DNA of 64,000 nt. Source: Macrostomum lignano. Lineage: Eukaryota. The stretch is from the NCBI GenBank assembly GCA_002269645.1, contig NIVC01000181.1, positions 1-64,000 on the forward strand, in the 5' to 3' direction. Positions 31,897 to 45,474 of this stretch are shown here, piece by piece. How positions within the stretch are numbered: the first letter of the stretch is position 1; every line of letters begins with the position of its first letter. The notes under the pieces are model-generated. The model had not been told where the DNA came from. It made no database searches and saw nothing but the letters and a program-made list of their open reading frames with translations. The translations under genes were made by a program, and so were the position numbers.

Positions 31897-32521
31897 TTGA
31901 TTTTAGGAAGCAGCCTAGTGCGAAACCCTTCGGCGCCACTGACTTAGCGCCCATAGCAACTGTGCGAATTTTGCGCAATCGCGCCATTTAATTTTCTCCT
32001 TTTGTGAGCAGCATTTGCCATTTGTGCTCAAGCTGATGATAACCCTTTGAAGGCCTCTGGCCAGTCCCTTGTTTTTCTTCCCCAGGGCTCTGCAAGAACT
32101 CCCGCATCCCTTTGTATTTAGGCGCTTCTTGCTTTCTTGGGGCTGGCGCCCCCCGTCTGCATTTGGTGTGTTCCACTAATACCGTATGGGGCAGTTTTAC
32201 GGCTCTCGCCCAGCCGCGCGTTTAAGTCCGATTGCGGCCTCTATTTTACGTCCCCATACCTGTTCAGGTATCCCCTTTCTCCCCCACGGGCCCTGCTATT
32301 ATTTAAAGCACCCCGGTATTTAGGCGCTGAATTCATGCGGGCAGGCGCCCCCGCCGTGCGTTTTGGGTCGCAATCATGGGCCTGACCCACCCTCTTCTGC
32401 TGCCATGCCAATTTACCATCTCCTTGCCAGCCGAAATTTTATTTTATTACATTTTGCAGTTTACCTTTTAAATAAAGGCGCGCTCCGCCTTCACTCCGCC
32501 TCTTTATTTGAACGGGGAGAG

Positions 32522-33520
32522 TGTAGTGAGCCGCTAGTTTATGGTTAGGCGTCGCCCTTGTCAGCTGTTCCCTCGCCTCCGCCCTGGGTTGCTGTCTGCC
32601 GCTGGTCAGCTTCCCGCCCCTCCCTTTCGCGTGTCTGCTGCTGCCCGTGGCCTGTTCTGGCCTTCTGCGTCTCCGTTCTCAGCCCCAGCCTCTCGGCTGT
32701 GGGCTGTCTCTGTTTCGCTCCCGTCCCGTTTTCCCTGTCTTGTGAGCAAGTCACATGACAGTTCTTGCGTTCTTTGAGTCTTAAAGTGCAGTAAACATGT
32801 TTACTGCACTCGTTGGCCCTGTTTACCGGGTGAGTCACATGCTTTCGGACCCCTCCCTTTTCTAAGGAGAGGAGTGACTCATGTTGCTAAAAATAGCAAC
32901 TGAGTCACAGCCATGTGTACTCTGCCGGGGACCCTCAAGTGACGTCAGTTCTAAAAATAGAACAAGTCACGAGGTCTTCCGCACGCTTCTACCCTGCCCA
33001 AGACTCTCGAGTGACGTCAGTTCTAAAAATAGAACAAGTCACGAGGTCTGGAGCGTGGGAATTTCCCGGCTATAAATAGGAGCCCTCTCCCCCTTGTTTC
33101 CGTCAAGGAGTCTTCCTTCTGTTCAACCTCGAGTTCTACGTCCGCGTGTGACTAAGTCCCGAGTGTCCGAGTCTTTGCGCACATTGATTCTGTTCCTATT
33201 ACTCCGACTGAGACCCGACCAAACCAACCCAAGTTTACGAGAGGCTAACTCCGCCCTCCCTGTACCATCCAAGCCCGGCAGGTGCTGCTGACGAGACGCC
33301 TTATACGTTGAGCTGCAAATCTGCACGTCGTGCTGTGTTCGTTGACTTCATTATTTCGTTCCGACGGGAAGCTCACCTCACCGAAGGCCGAGACCTGAAG
33401 GAACTGGTGGCAGCACTACCTACGCTACTGAGAAAGTTGAGAGAACTTCCCACTGAAGAGGCCCGAGTCTGAAGGTAATCCGCAAGGGCCTAAACCGGGA
33501 AGAAACCCCATTGTACTTCA
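32522..33520 (+). repeat. 3' LTR
   Basis: 999-bp copy of the 5' LTR, preceded by the PPT and followed by the ATGT TSD. Confidence 0.97.
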
Positions 33521-34138
33521 ATGTAAAAAGAGCTAGAGTAGAACTTACTGTACAATAGATCGGGAATTATAGCTGCTCACGATGCAGTTCTGAATATGTA
33601 CATACAAACTTATCTATAGTTGCATTTTTATGTCAATGTCAACCGTTTTAACTTTCCTGACGAGAATCTAGGCAAAGGACCATTAAAAACTAAAGTGGAA
33701 GGACGCGTTTCACTCGATTTTCTTAGAAATGATCTTAGGCCGTGAAGGTATCGATCGAACGTATAATTTGTCGAATTGATGCTTGTGTGTATTTAGCATG
33801 CTCTAGAGCATAGTGCTAAATGGGGTTTCGCCATATGGTAATCTCCATCATAGGTCATGTTATATGCAACGACCACTACAGTATTGAATACTACATTTTA
33901 TCCTACAGTGGTCCTTAGTCACATATGGTTAATTAAATGTATATCGTTATCTTCATACATGTATTTACAGCTGTGTATGTCTATGACAAATTCCGCAAAG
34001 AAAAAATCTCTTGTTCAAAAATATTTCCAGAGCATACTACTGGATGCACTACATGCAGATATAAGCTGACAAATATACGGTTCTTACTACTGCAGCCTCC
34101 AGCTAATCTTTATGTGAATTTTGTAAGCGTACTACATG

Positions 34139-35814
34139 TGTAGATTTTTCTTTAATTGATTATTGAATAAGAGCAAGGCGGTGGTTCGTTTAGTAGTTTA
34201 TCAACAGAAATCAGATCGAAGAGAAAACAAGGGGAGAGTGATTCGTGTCACTGCCGTCGCCGTATATTTATAGATTTGTAACTGTCTTCCGGAAATTTCT
34301 AGAAAGATTGAGCGCATCTTAACAAAGCGATTAAACACTTAATTATATACGTTACGCAAATACGAGTAGAATATTAACAGTTAAGTAATAAATAGTTATT
34401 TACTATTTATATGCGTATATTATAGATAAGATGCTAACTTGAAGAAGTTTCTGGAAATATAAATCTTTTTGACTTTAGAAATCTAACGAAATTTCGAGAA
34501 AGTTATTAAAGTACGCTACAACAGTTCCCCCACGGAAGACGGAGTCCCCAAGGTATGACAGGTTAATTTAAATGTGTAGCACTGGGTTACTGTGAATGTA
34601 GTCCAGGTCGAAATTGCGCTGCTGAAAGGATGCAGATGTCACTGGGTTCACCGCGAGACGGATATGGGCAGCTGGGCTCGCACTGCAGTCGAGGATTTCA
34701 GACTGATTGTAAATTGTGGTGGCTAGCACATCCGTGGTCTCTGCGGCACTGCTCCAGGATGGCGGTAATTGACGCTGTAGTGTAGAACGATCTGCGGGGT
34801 ATTGCCGGTTTGCAGACAGACGACTCCCGAACTACGGTAGGCGCCAGGGATCAAGGCGGGTAGTCGCTCTGCGGCTGAAACAGAACCGAGAAGATTCACG
34901 GATGTCGACCGGTTAGGCCAGCTGGTTGACCACTGGCTTATCGATGAACCTCGTGGAAGGTTGCGATGTGTAGACTCGCCAGTAGCGCCAGCCGGTTAGT
35001 AGATTGCTAATTGAGTTTGTCGATGGATGGGACCCAGCTGTGCTGCTAGTAGTCGGTCTGCGCGGTGCTACGGGTGATGTCGCTGGTATGTATACGTATG
35101 CGTGGAGAGCATACATGTAGCTGCGCGGATGACTCGATCGGATGGCCGTTTGTGAGCCCGTGTTGGCGTAGTTTTTTGGTCACCGACGAGATATCGTGCA
35201 GTTCGTCGGAAAAGTGAGGTTGACGACTGTGGCTGCATATTTATTACATGACGGCGATGGTAGACACACTGAGAAGTGATGACAGCGGACAGTAGACAGT
35301 GGTGTGCTATGATGTTTCGGCGTTGGTAGCGACGGCGGTGCTGATCGCGAATGATGGCGTGATGAGCGGGCACAACGTGCGTGTGTATGCACACATTCTG
35401 AAATAGGTCGCTCGACGCCTCACCGGACCATTTGTAGATTTTTCTTTAATTGATTATTGAATAAGAGCAAGGCGGTGGTTCGTTTAGTAGTTTATCAACA
35501 GAAATCAGATCGAAGAGAAAACAAGGGGAGAGTGATTCGTGTCACTGCCGTCGCCGTATATTTATAGATTTGTAACTGTCTTCCGGAAATTTCTAGAAAG
35601 ATTGAGCGCATCTTAACAAAGCGATTAAACACTTAATTATATACGTTACGCAAATACGAGTAGAATATTAACAGTTAAGTAATAAATAGTTATTTACTAT
35701 TTATATGCGTATATTATAGATAAGATGCTAACTTGAAGAAGTTTCTGGAAATATAAATCTTTTTGACTTTAGAAATCTAACGAAATTTCGAGAAAGTTAT
35801 TAAAGTACGCTACA
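34139..35814 (-). mobile_element. small non-autonomous LTR retroelement (TRIM-like, 1.68 kb)
   Basis: 382-bp LTRs 34139-34520 and 35433-35814, identical by eye, with TGTAG...CTACA ends; CATG TSD. On the minus strand: PBS-like TGGTCCGGTGAGGCG, PPT-like GGGGGAAC, TATAAA and ATTAAA within the LTR. No long ORF in the 912-bp interior. Confidence 0.9.
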
Positions 35815-36733
35815 CATGTCTTCAGTTCTTCACGTGTACAATGTTTACACGGTATCTTTAACTGCGAAAAAATCAATTAACATTTTGCCAAATTAAAAGC
35901 ATTTGAAATTCTACACAAAATTTGATCGATTATGACACGTCGGTACTGAAATGAAAGAAAAATTCGGAAAATTCCACCTTAGCTTGGGCCAATGCACACG
36001 AAAAAAGAAAAAAACTACTGATTTCATGCAGGTCACGCCGGCGTTTATGAAAAGTAAGATAATCAAATCCTAGTCTTGCATTGCATAACTAGTTTCTTTA
36101 TTTTATTTATTGTTCAATTTCAATAAATCATAGTTTGGAAATAGTGTTTTGTTATATCCTATTTACTAAGTGAAATTGTCAACAGACATATTCAAAATTT
36201 AGTGGTTTTGATATTTATTGTGCTCGTCAGTAAATTTTTATTCATATTTAGTTTTGATTAGTATCAAATTAGTATTAAAATCACATTTTAGTATATAGGA
36301 AGTCTATTTCAACTCTATTCAACTCTATTTCGGCTTCATATGCTCTTAAAAAATATGTACATTTTAGTCCAACACAAATCTTAATTAAAAAAAAGATTGT
36401 GTCTTAAATCTTTCTTCTCGGCTCTAATTCTTGGGAAAGAATACAGTGCATAAATAGGCTCACGCAGAGCTTTTTGTTGGTTGGTTGGTTATTTAGTTGG
36501 TTGTACATGAAATTCTAATGTAAAGGGCTACTTAGGTAGTTTATAGTCATTTCGGGAGTATTTCCTCATCTATTTCTAATCTCCTATTATGTACTGAAGG
36601 CCTAAGGCCGACTTAGTAGGCCCTAGGTATTTTTACAATGGTTTTGGCTAAGCCTATTCTAGAACTTATATTAAATTTATTCTTATCAATAGATAAGGGA
36701 TAAAAGCAAAAAATTGTCTTTCCATTAAATGTT

Positions 36734-39078
36734 GGCAGTTGTTATTTGTCCGGTTACTGGATAATGGCCATGCTTTCCTGTTCATCTGGTTAATACTGGA
36801 CAAATAGGCTTTTTATTATTTGACCAGTTAAATTGATAACCCTATAGGAAAAAGTTGTAAATCCGCGGACGGCGTCCGGCGCACTTTTGAAATTTTTCTA
36901 AAGCGCGGCGCGCGCACAGGCGCGCAGCGCCTGCGCGGCGTGCGCGCGCTGCCTTTTCTTGCTGGCTGCTGCTCTAGCAAATACATATGCATGGAAAGGG
37001 GTCATCTAATACCTCTGTGGAAGGGGCCTATACACTTATAATTTATAAAGCTTAGAGATGTTCCGAAATTTCAATTTGAATTTTCCAAAATTAGAATTTT
37101 TATTAAGAGCAAATTTCAATTTCGAATAAAATTAGAAGTCAAAATTTGGAAGCTAAAATCGAAAAGTCAAAAATCGCTAAAAAAGCAGTAATTTCTGCTA
37201 CATCTACGTGTATTTCATTTTGCATAAGCAGTAAATCGAATGTAAAAAGTGAGTATTGGTCATACTAAACTTTGTTTTTCTGCGTTTTGATTTCGGAAAA
37301 TTTCAATTTTGAGTTTGGAAAGTTAACGAATTTTGATTTCGAGGAAACTGCTCTTTCGGGACATCTCTAATTATCCTAAAGCGCGGGAAAATAATTTGAC
37401 TCTATTCTAAAGCGCGCGTCCGCGGGTTTTCAACATTTATTCCAATAGGGATTGATAATGTTAAAATATCTATTTTATAAAAACTAGGCCTACAAGAGTG
37501 AATATTCCTAGACTTCAAAGACTTCTTGCTCGTATCTTGATTATTATATTGTTATACTAGTGTATGTCTTATATACCAAATTATACCAAATTGAATATAC
37601 TGCTTTCTTATATTTACATTAGTATATAACAAAATTAATCAATATATGTAAAAAGGTCTTAAAAATCTAGAATATTCATCACAAAACAAATAGCAATTTA
37701 AACAGTTAGCAATTTAACTGGACAAATAGTAAAAATGCTAGGAGCCTATTCGTCTGGTCATTGGACAAATAACAACTGCCTTACATATTAGCCTTAGATT
37801 TATAGAGAGCTTGCATTGCATGCACAGCAGCTATCCAAATAGTGTTCAAATTGAGGCAGTTGTTATTGTTACAGTGACTGTATAAATAGGCCTAGCAAGA
37901 CAGTTATTTTTTACAATTAACACTTAAAACAAATACCATCTAAATGAAGTAATGAACTTGCAGTGCAAATACTAGGCCTAATGTGGTTAAATAAAAAATT
38001 AAAGAAACATGTTATAAATAAATACATTGATACAATGGTAGCTTTTAGTGGTCTTTGACCTTGTTACAGTAGGCCCTACCTAGCTTACTTTAGGTAATTG
38101 TTAACTATTATATTGTATTTTAATTGATTTTTTTGCATATGACCATCAAAATAACCATTTTGCATCCTACCTACTTATAGTGACAATAAAAATAACAATT
38201 CCTAATTATATAGTTCTATTAAATAAAAACCCTAGGCCTAGATAGTGTCTTATATGTTAGGCTCCTAACTGTTAATATTAACAATTAACAATTAATATTG
38301 TTAATATTAATATTAACAATTTTGTGCATTCTTCTCAAATCATTTGTTTAATATTTTTTCAATGTTTTTTGCAGTTTTTTCATTTTTAAAGCTGATTTTA
38401 GCATGTTTTGATATCCCACCAAGCTATAAAATAGTAAAATTAACTTTGTTTTTGAAGCACTTTTTCTATCTCTGGAATGAGGCAAAAAATAAGTGAAGGG
38501 CCTAGGTTGCAAGTTAAACTTAAAGTATTTACTAACATAGCAAATAGGTTAGCTGAAATATCTGTGATAAATTAATGGCTAGGATTGTCTATGGGAAAAA
38601 GCATGATAAACAAAGGGAGTTAACTAACTGAAAAGTACAAGGCTGAGTTGCAAAATAGAAAATACAATTTTTTGAAGGATAAAAATCTAACATATGTTGT
38701 TTGACATGGCACTGATGCTTGTTAGAAGTGTCTATAGCCAAAAGGGATAAGTTGGTTAGAGGGAGAGGAAGTCTAAGCACTAAGACTTATGTTCTTATTG
38801 CTAATTAGTTTTTGATAAGACTATTAACCAACCATTCAGTCTATCATCACCATGCCAGGAGGCCACCCTTGAATTGTTGGAATTGTTAAGAATAAAAACA
38901 AAAAAGTGCTTAAAAAATCAAAGTTGTCGCTTTTACTGTTTCAATAGCTTGAGGAATGTCTAAATATGCTAAAATCAGCTTCTAAAGTGGAGAAAATGCA
39001 AAAAATAGTTTAATGAATGATTTGAGAAGAATGCCCCATTTTGTTATTTATATGGTCACCATAACAAAAACAACTGCC
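36734..39078. mobile_element. old nested foldback/MITE remnants with GGCAGTTGTT termini
   Basis: Inverted pairs 36734/37780 (GGCAGTTGTTATTTGTCC) and 37855/39078; decayed internal inverted arms ~38320-38470 versus ~38900-39045. Confidence 0.5.
36840..37450 (+). mobile_element. MITE with CCCTA...TAGGG termini, copy 1
   Basis: Imperfect ~35-bp TIRs; perfect 8-bp TSD ATTGATAA; homologous to 40521-41110 in inverted orientation. Confidence 0.85.
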
Positions 39079-40520
39079 TTAAATTGAGCCATTCATCTAG
39101 TATTTTAATTGTGTCCACAACAGCCATCCACTTAGTATTTAATTGCATGCATAGCAGCCAGCAGATAGGCAATATAGCAAATTGCAAATTGGACCCTTTC
39201 TCTCAAATCTACACATTGCAACTCACTGAGCTTATTTAATAATTTATTACTTGTTTTATCCCATGTACAATGTAATCTTAATTCATAGCTATTTTTTGTT
39301 AATTTGAATATTATTTTCCAATAATTTGAGCAGTATATGACATATTGTAATTTAAGTTAGGGCCTAAGATATGGCTGCTATGCACACAATTTAAACACTA
39401 GGTAGACAACTGCTATGCATGCAAGCTCTTTGTAAGATTTATCAAATGAAATAAAAAGTTACTAATAGAATAACCTTCAAAATCTTAATAGAATCTCTAT
39501 ATCATAAAGTATTCTTTTTTATATCAGAGTACAATAGGCTTAGGTTAGGAGTTGCTAGGCCTAATTAAAAATGAATTTTTGAAGACATCTAAAAAGAAGT
39601 TAAATTGGATATTTGCTTTTATAGCTATAAAGTAAAGATTTATTTTATCTTCTTAACTATCTCTATTTTATAAAAAATTGTTATACTTTATTATAACTAC
39701 TAGTAGTAGATCAATTTATATAAACAATATATATATATATATATATTGTTATACAATATATATATATATATAATAAGGTAATACTAGGCTTATCTTTTTA
39801 TTCATTGCTATATTTATTGCTATAATAAATACTTAATCTTTGTAGAACATAATAATAGGCTCCACATTCTGGATCATATAGGGCCTAGTATATGCCTAAA
39901 AATTTGGGCATGCATTGGCTTTGTATGCCAAAAGTTTGGCATGCATACCTGGTATGCACTTTATACAATCACATAGTAGAATTTGTATTAAGTGAAAAAA
40001 ATTAATAAGTTCACTTTTAAGCATAAATTCAAGATGCCAATTACTTTTGCCAACACATTTTCAAACACAAATGTTGCAAAAAGTATTGGCAAAAATGTCA
40101 TAACAATTAACTTTCACCAACCCATTTTCAGACATATCTTCTAACACTTTGTGACATTTTAAATGTCAAAAGTGTTGGAAGATATGTCTAAAACTGTGTC
40201 AGCAAAAGTTATACAAGTATTCAAGTTTTTAGTTTTTAAACTCATAATGATACATCTTAACAAATCTTAAAGCCTATTGATTTTTTGCCATAATTGTTAT
40301 AGCCAAAGAAAATAAATTATAGGCAATAAAATTGTGTAATTTTTTAAATTAATTTTAAAATATATTTGGTTTTTGTGAATTTTATTTTCAATTTGAATTA
40401 GAATATATTTTGCAAAATATATATTTCATTTTTTGGCTGGCATGCACTCAAAACTTTTTTTGGCATGCATCAACATGCATTTGTAATTGTTCAATTTTTG
40501 TTTGGGCATGCATCTAACAT

Positions 40521-41110
40521 CCCTATTGGAATAAATGTTAAAAACCCGCGGACGCGCGCTTTAGAAAAGAGTCAAACTATTTTACCGCGCTTTAGGATTA
40601 TTAGAGATGTTCCGAAAGATCTGCAGTTTCGTCGAAATCAAAATTCGCTAACTTTCCAAAATCAAAATTGAAATTTCCCGAAATCATAATTCAGAAAAAA
40701 CAAAGTTTAGTATGACCAACACTTACTTTTTTACTTTCAATTTACTGCTTAGCTAAAAAGTAATACATGTATATGTAGTAGAAATTAGTTTATTTTTAGC
40801 AACTTTTTAGACACTACCAAAATTTTCACTTCTAAATTTTTTTCGAAATTGAAATTTGCTCTAAAAAATTTGGAAAATTGAAATTGAATTTTTGGAACAT
40901 CTCTAAGCTAAATAAATTATGAGTGTATAAGCCCCTTCAACAGAGGTATTATACCCATTTCCATGTATATGTATTTGCTAGAACAGCAGCCAGTAAGAAA
41001 GGGCAGCGCGCGCGCGCGCAGGCGATGCGCCTGTGCGCGCGCTGCACTTTAGAAAAATTTCAAAAGTGCGCCGGACACCGTCCGTGGTTTTACAACTTTT
41101 TCCTATAGGG
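40521..41110 (-). mobile_element. MITE with CCCTA...TAGGG termini, copy 2
   Basis: Inverted, diverged copy of 36840-37450; perfect 8-bp TSD TCTAACAT. Confidence 0.85.
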
Positions 41111-42076
41111 TCTAACATGATCTAGACTATGGAGTAGGCCTTACTAAGTCTATACTAAGCAATTTTTACAAATTGTTACAAATTATATAAAAATCACTTG
41201 TAATAAGACACTTAAAAAATAAATTACAGTTACTAAGCTATAGTTAATAATAAAAATAGTTAATCATAGTTAATAATAAAAATATATTGAAAAATTAAAA
41301 TAATATTTAATGGGTCAAATAGTAATAAAATTATAATAAATAGCAAACTTTATGATTAGTTAATAATTAGCTAAATTGAAATCCTACCTTGAATTTATTG
41401 TTTATTTTAATTAACTTATCTTATAAGTTTGCAATATAATAAACAACCTTTTTGCATAGACATTATATATAACTTTAAACCCTAATTCTAAATTTTAAAG
41501 TTATTATTATACTCTTATTTTAATTTTAATAATTAAATATTTTATAGTTTCTTATATATTACAAGCATTTTTGTTATTTTTTGTCTAATGAAGTATGCCT
41601 AGACCAAATGCCAACCTTACTCTAAGTTTGTAAGAATCAGTGCCCCCAAATTCATGTTCTATAAACTTGATTCTTAATGCCTACAACCCTTAACACTCTT
41701 GACTTTTTAGACTAAAACTTCCTAGCCATTTATTCCTTTTTAAATCTTAACATAATGGGCTTAATTGTTATGCCTAATCTTTCTGACTTTTATTAGAGCA
41801 CAATTATCCTTAATTCTTTCCTTTAATTTGAGCCATAGCACTAACACTCAACTCTTGACTTGTTACAAATCTTTGCCCCATATCAAAGCAACTATTGAAT
41901 ATTTAGTTGAGTAGATTTAATTCCAACTATTCTAAATATTTATCCCATTTCTCATTGAATATTGTAATTATTCTCATTTATCAATTATGCTAAAACTATT
42001 GAGTAAAAGCTATAGGCAAAAATGGTAATTGTAAAATAATGTTCAATGTGTGTTTATTTATTTATATACACTAGAT

Positions 42077-42488
42077 CAGGGGTTGGCAACCTTTGGCCCC
42101 CAAGGCCCTCGATGATCTAGCATTGCATCAAGCCTTATATACTTTTATTCCACCTTCTCTCTCTCTCTCTCTTTCCCTCTTGCTTTTACCTTTCTTATCT
42201 CTATTCTGTGTTGGCCTCCTATGGGAGAAAGATGGGTTGCAGGTTTGAATGTTTCTAGAAGGGATGGTTATTGGGGTTAGATAAAAAATAGAAAGAATAG
42301 GGCATATTTTGGGTGGGGGAATCTCAAGGGTTGGGGTGAGATTGTCATTTTGATTATCATCAATTGAAAAAAAAATGTTTGTTTAGACTAACATGAAACA
42401 ACTATGGTTTTCACTTTATGTTATTGGCCCCAAGCCCTCGAAAAATCTGGCTATTTGGCCCTTGCTCTGAAAAGGTTGCCAACGCCTG
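42077..42488. mobile_element. hAT-type MITE
   Basis: TIRs CAGGGGTTGGCAACCTTT ... AAAGGTTGCCAACGCCTG; degenerate 8-bp TSD CACTAGAT / CACTCAAT. Confidence 0.75.
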
Positions 42489-42840
42489 CACTCAATGTAT
42501 GTATTAATGCTGTAGGAATTGAATAGCTGATACAAACTACAAGTGTAATGTACACTGCAGCTTAACTTTTTAGTCTAACTGGCACTATCAAAAATTTGTA
42601 AAGTTGTATATGTAATATATTAAAGTTTTATAAAACATTATAATTTATAGAATATACAGCATTGTTTTTTGTATTTTTATTGTTAAGACAATAACCCTAA
42701 ATTATTTTAGTCTACAAGACTTGAATTATTATCTGATAAGCATTGCAATACAACTAAAATAGTGTATTGGCATATCAACATATTTTTTTGTAGATATTTC
42801 AAGTTAAAAACCAATTCCAGCCACTGACACTGCATCAGCC

Positions 42841-44728
42841 ATGTCCCAGCTGACCGCTTGCGCCTTTCTAATTGGCCTAGTCATTTTCACCTGTGGCGCT
42901 GCTGCAGATTCCGATGGCGGAGCCCAACTCATTGGCGTCAAGAGCATCGCTAACAATCTGATTGTCAAGGGCATGGATGTCACTGTGCAGTATGACATCT
43001 ATAATGTTGGCGATAAGTGAGTAATATTTTTATATTAAATCGATTGTGATATTTATCAAGCGTCTGAAAGTTAAGCAGAGTTGGCCGCGGTTAGTTAGTT
43101 GTAGAATTGCAGAATCATAAAACATTTGCAAAAAGTCCTCCAAAAGACGTTGTTTTAGCGCTTAATTGTCTACTAACTCAATTAGACTAAATAGAGTTGT
43201 TATAAATGCGAAATGCGATTCTAATTCATAGTGACGCAGATAGCGACTAGCACCAGAGCACCGTGACTCTATCACCGTGACAACTCGTCATTTTAGAGTC
43301 GTCTGGAGTCACTTCTTTCCTTTTTTTACCTGTTTTATCTGTAAACGACTCGGGGGGCGACGCAAGTCACTGCGGGACGCTTCTTGGCCTGGGTACCGTT
43401 TTCATCGCGAGTGATTAATTTAGCTGAGCTGCAGTTCATCCTGCTGTGATTGGGTACACATGTGATGTACAACTTACAGCGGGTCACCCTAGGTCCAACA
43501 TATCAGAGATTCTCAGGCCTGAAAATGCCGGAGGTATCGGTGGTTTTGGGTCGAGTTGAATGGGCATTAATCACTGCGGATTTCCCCTATAATATACACC
43601 AAAGCATCGACCGATACCTGATTACCATCTTAGGGCGGCCATGAACGTCCAGCTGGAAGAGGACGGCTTCCCAATTGATTACTTCGCGGTCCGGTCGGGC
43701 TTCCAGCACGTCAGGTGGACCAGGCTGCCACCCGGGGCCAATGTTAGTCACACGTTGATCCTGACACCGCTGCAGACCTTCGTATTTAATGCCAGCCACG
43801 CCGTGATGCGCTATAAAGTTAGCGACGAGGCTACTGGATCTACTGTTGGCTATACAACCTCGCCTGGGGAGATTGCTGTGATTGAAACGGCTGATTATGA
43901 TAGGCAGTTCTCTGCCCACGCTGTGAGTATCGGCTGAAATTATTACCAATATATACCCTTACAGCCATTCAATTCTTATATCCTTAGAGTACCTCACTTT
44001 TTGCTATTAGTGTCGTCCCCAATCTACTTTGAGAATAGTCTTCAAGCTACTTTGAGAATCGTCTTCAATCTGCTCTGAGAATCGTCCCCAATCTACCTTG
44101 AGAATCGTCCCCAATCTACCTTGAGAATCGTCCCCAATCCACCCTGAGAATCGTCCCCAATCTACCATGAGAATCGTCCCCAGTCTACCCTGAGAATCGT
44201 CCCCAGTCTACCCTGAGAATCGTCCCAAATCTACCCTGAGAATCGTCCCCAATCCACCCTAAGAATCGTCCCCAGTCTACCCTGAGAATCGTCCCAAATC
44301 TACCCTGAGAATCGTCCTCAGTCTACCCTGAGAGTTGTCCCCAAATCTACCCTGAGAATCGTCCCCAATCCACCCTGAGAATCGTCCCCAGTCTACCCTG
44401 AGAATCGTCCCAAATCTACCCTGAGAATCGTCCCTCAGTCTACCCTGAGAGTTGTCCCCAGTCTACCCTGAGAGTTGTCCCCAGTCTACCCTGAGAATCG
44501 TCCCCAGTCTACCCTGAGAATCGTCCCCAGTCTACCCTGAGACTCGTCCCCAGTCCACGCTAAGGCATCTAAAGGAGTTGCTAACCCTGCCACCCCGACT
44601 CGCAGATGGACTGGCTGACCTTCGGCATGATGACTACGCCGTCAATTATCATTCCGTTCCTGCTCTGGTACGCCTCCGTGCGCAAGTACTCCAACCTGGC
44701 CTCGCACAGTAGCAGGAAGAATAATTAA
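42841..44728 (+). CDS. SSR2: translocon-associated protein subunit beta (TRAP-beta); join(42841..43016,43634..43922,44606..44728), 195 aa
   Basis: Signal peptide, [69 protein letters not shown]; GT-AG boundaries with matching phases. Confidence 0.95.
44030..44560. repeat. 23-bp minisatellite in SSR2 intron 2 (GAGAATCGTCCCCAGTCTACCCT)
   Basis: Direct reading. Confidence 0.93.
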
Positions 44729-45474
44729 ACAAATGGATTAAGTCGAATGCTATAATATTAGGATTAGTAATAAGCGGGTTTAGGTACCTACTTACTATTC
44801 CGAGACGTGAACTTACTGATTAGTTGTTATACATTATGAAATAGAGGTATGAAATATAATCGTTATGTTAAGCCGTTTTTGCGAACGGCTCTCTCTCTCT
44901 CTCTTTGCATCAGTGTTTTTCCTGTGTTGCTTTTTTTCCTCTTTTGCCATTATTTTTTTTCACAAGAGAATTTCTCTAAGCCTGGTCGTGTCACAGTTTA
45001 GTAGTAAAGTTGGTGTTTTTTTTTTAAATTATATTCATTCGATGTTTTCGTCCTGTCTATTAATAGTAGTATATACATCTTTAAATTTCTATTTATGAAC
45101 TTTATAATAGCTATAGCAACAAAACTGATTTCTGCATTGAATAAACCAATCGAGCGTTTTAATCAATATTTAATTATGTTTATTCTCATCATAATTATTG
45201 TGCTCGTTTTGTCTCTGTCTGTGCCATGCTCGGGATTAGTTCACTGAGCCCTTTTCACATTATTAGTCTTTTGTTTCTTGTTATTTGCTCTTGTTTGCTT
45301 CTGCAACCTTGCTAGCCGGAGGGAAACTGTTCGTCTTTTTGTTGGCTGTTGCGTCTGCTGAAGTGTTGACCGGTTAAAGTTGCCCTGCGTCGGGTCCTGT
45401 CTGTCTGTGGAGCTTTGTGGGCCTTTTTGCTTGTCATTCCTTTGTTATACTCATAGTTATACTCATAGCATTGA

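Larger units (their letters stand above)
23145..33520 (+). mobile_element. full-length Ty3/Gypsy LTR retrotransposon (10.4 kb), young but carrying coding lesions
   Basis: TG...CA LTRs 23145-24144 and 32522-33520 differing at about four positions by eye; 4-bp TSD ATGT; PBS TGGTGCAGCGGTGGGATCC resembling the complement of the tRNA-Leu 3' end; PPT GAACGGGGAGAG; domain order PR-RT-RH-IN. Confidence 0.97.

Noticed and set aside
36840-41110. A single 4.3-kb foldback transposon with 600-bp TIRs
   Set aside because: Each arm has its own TIRs and its own different 8-bp TSD, so these are two independent insertions.
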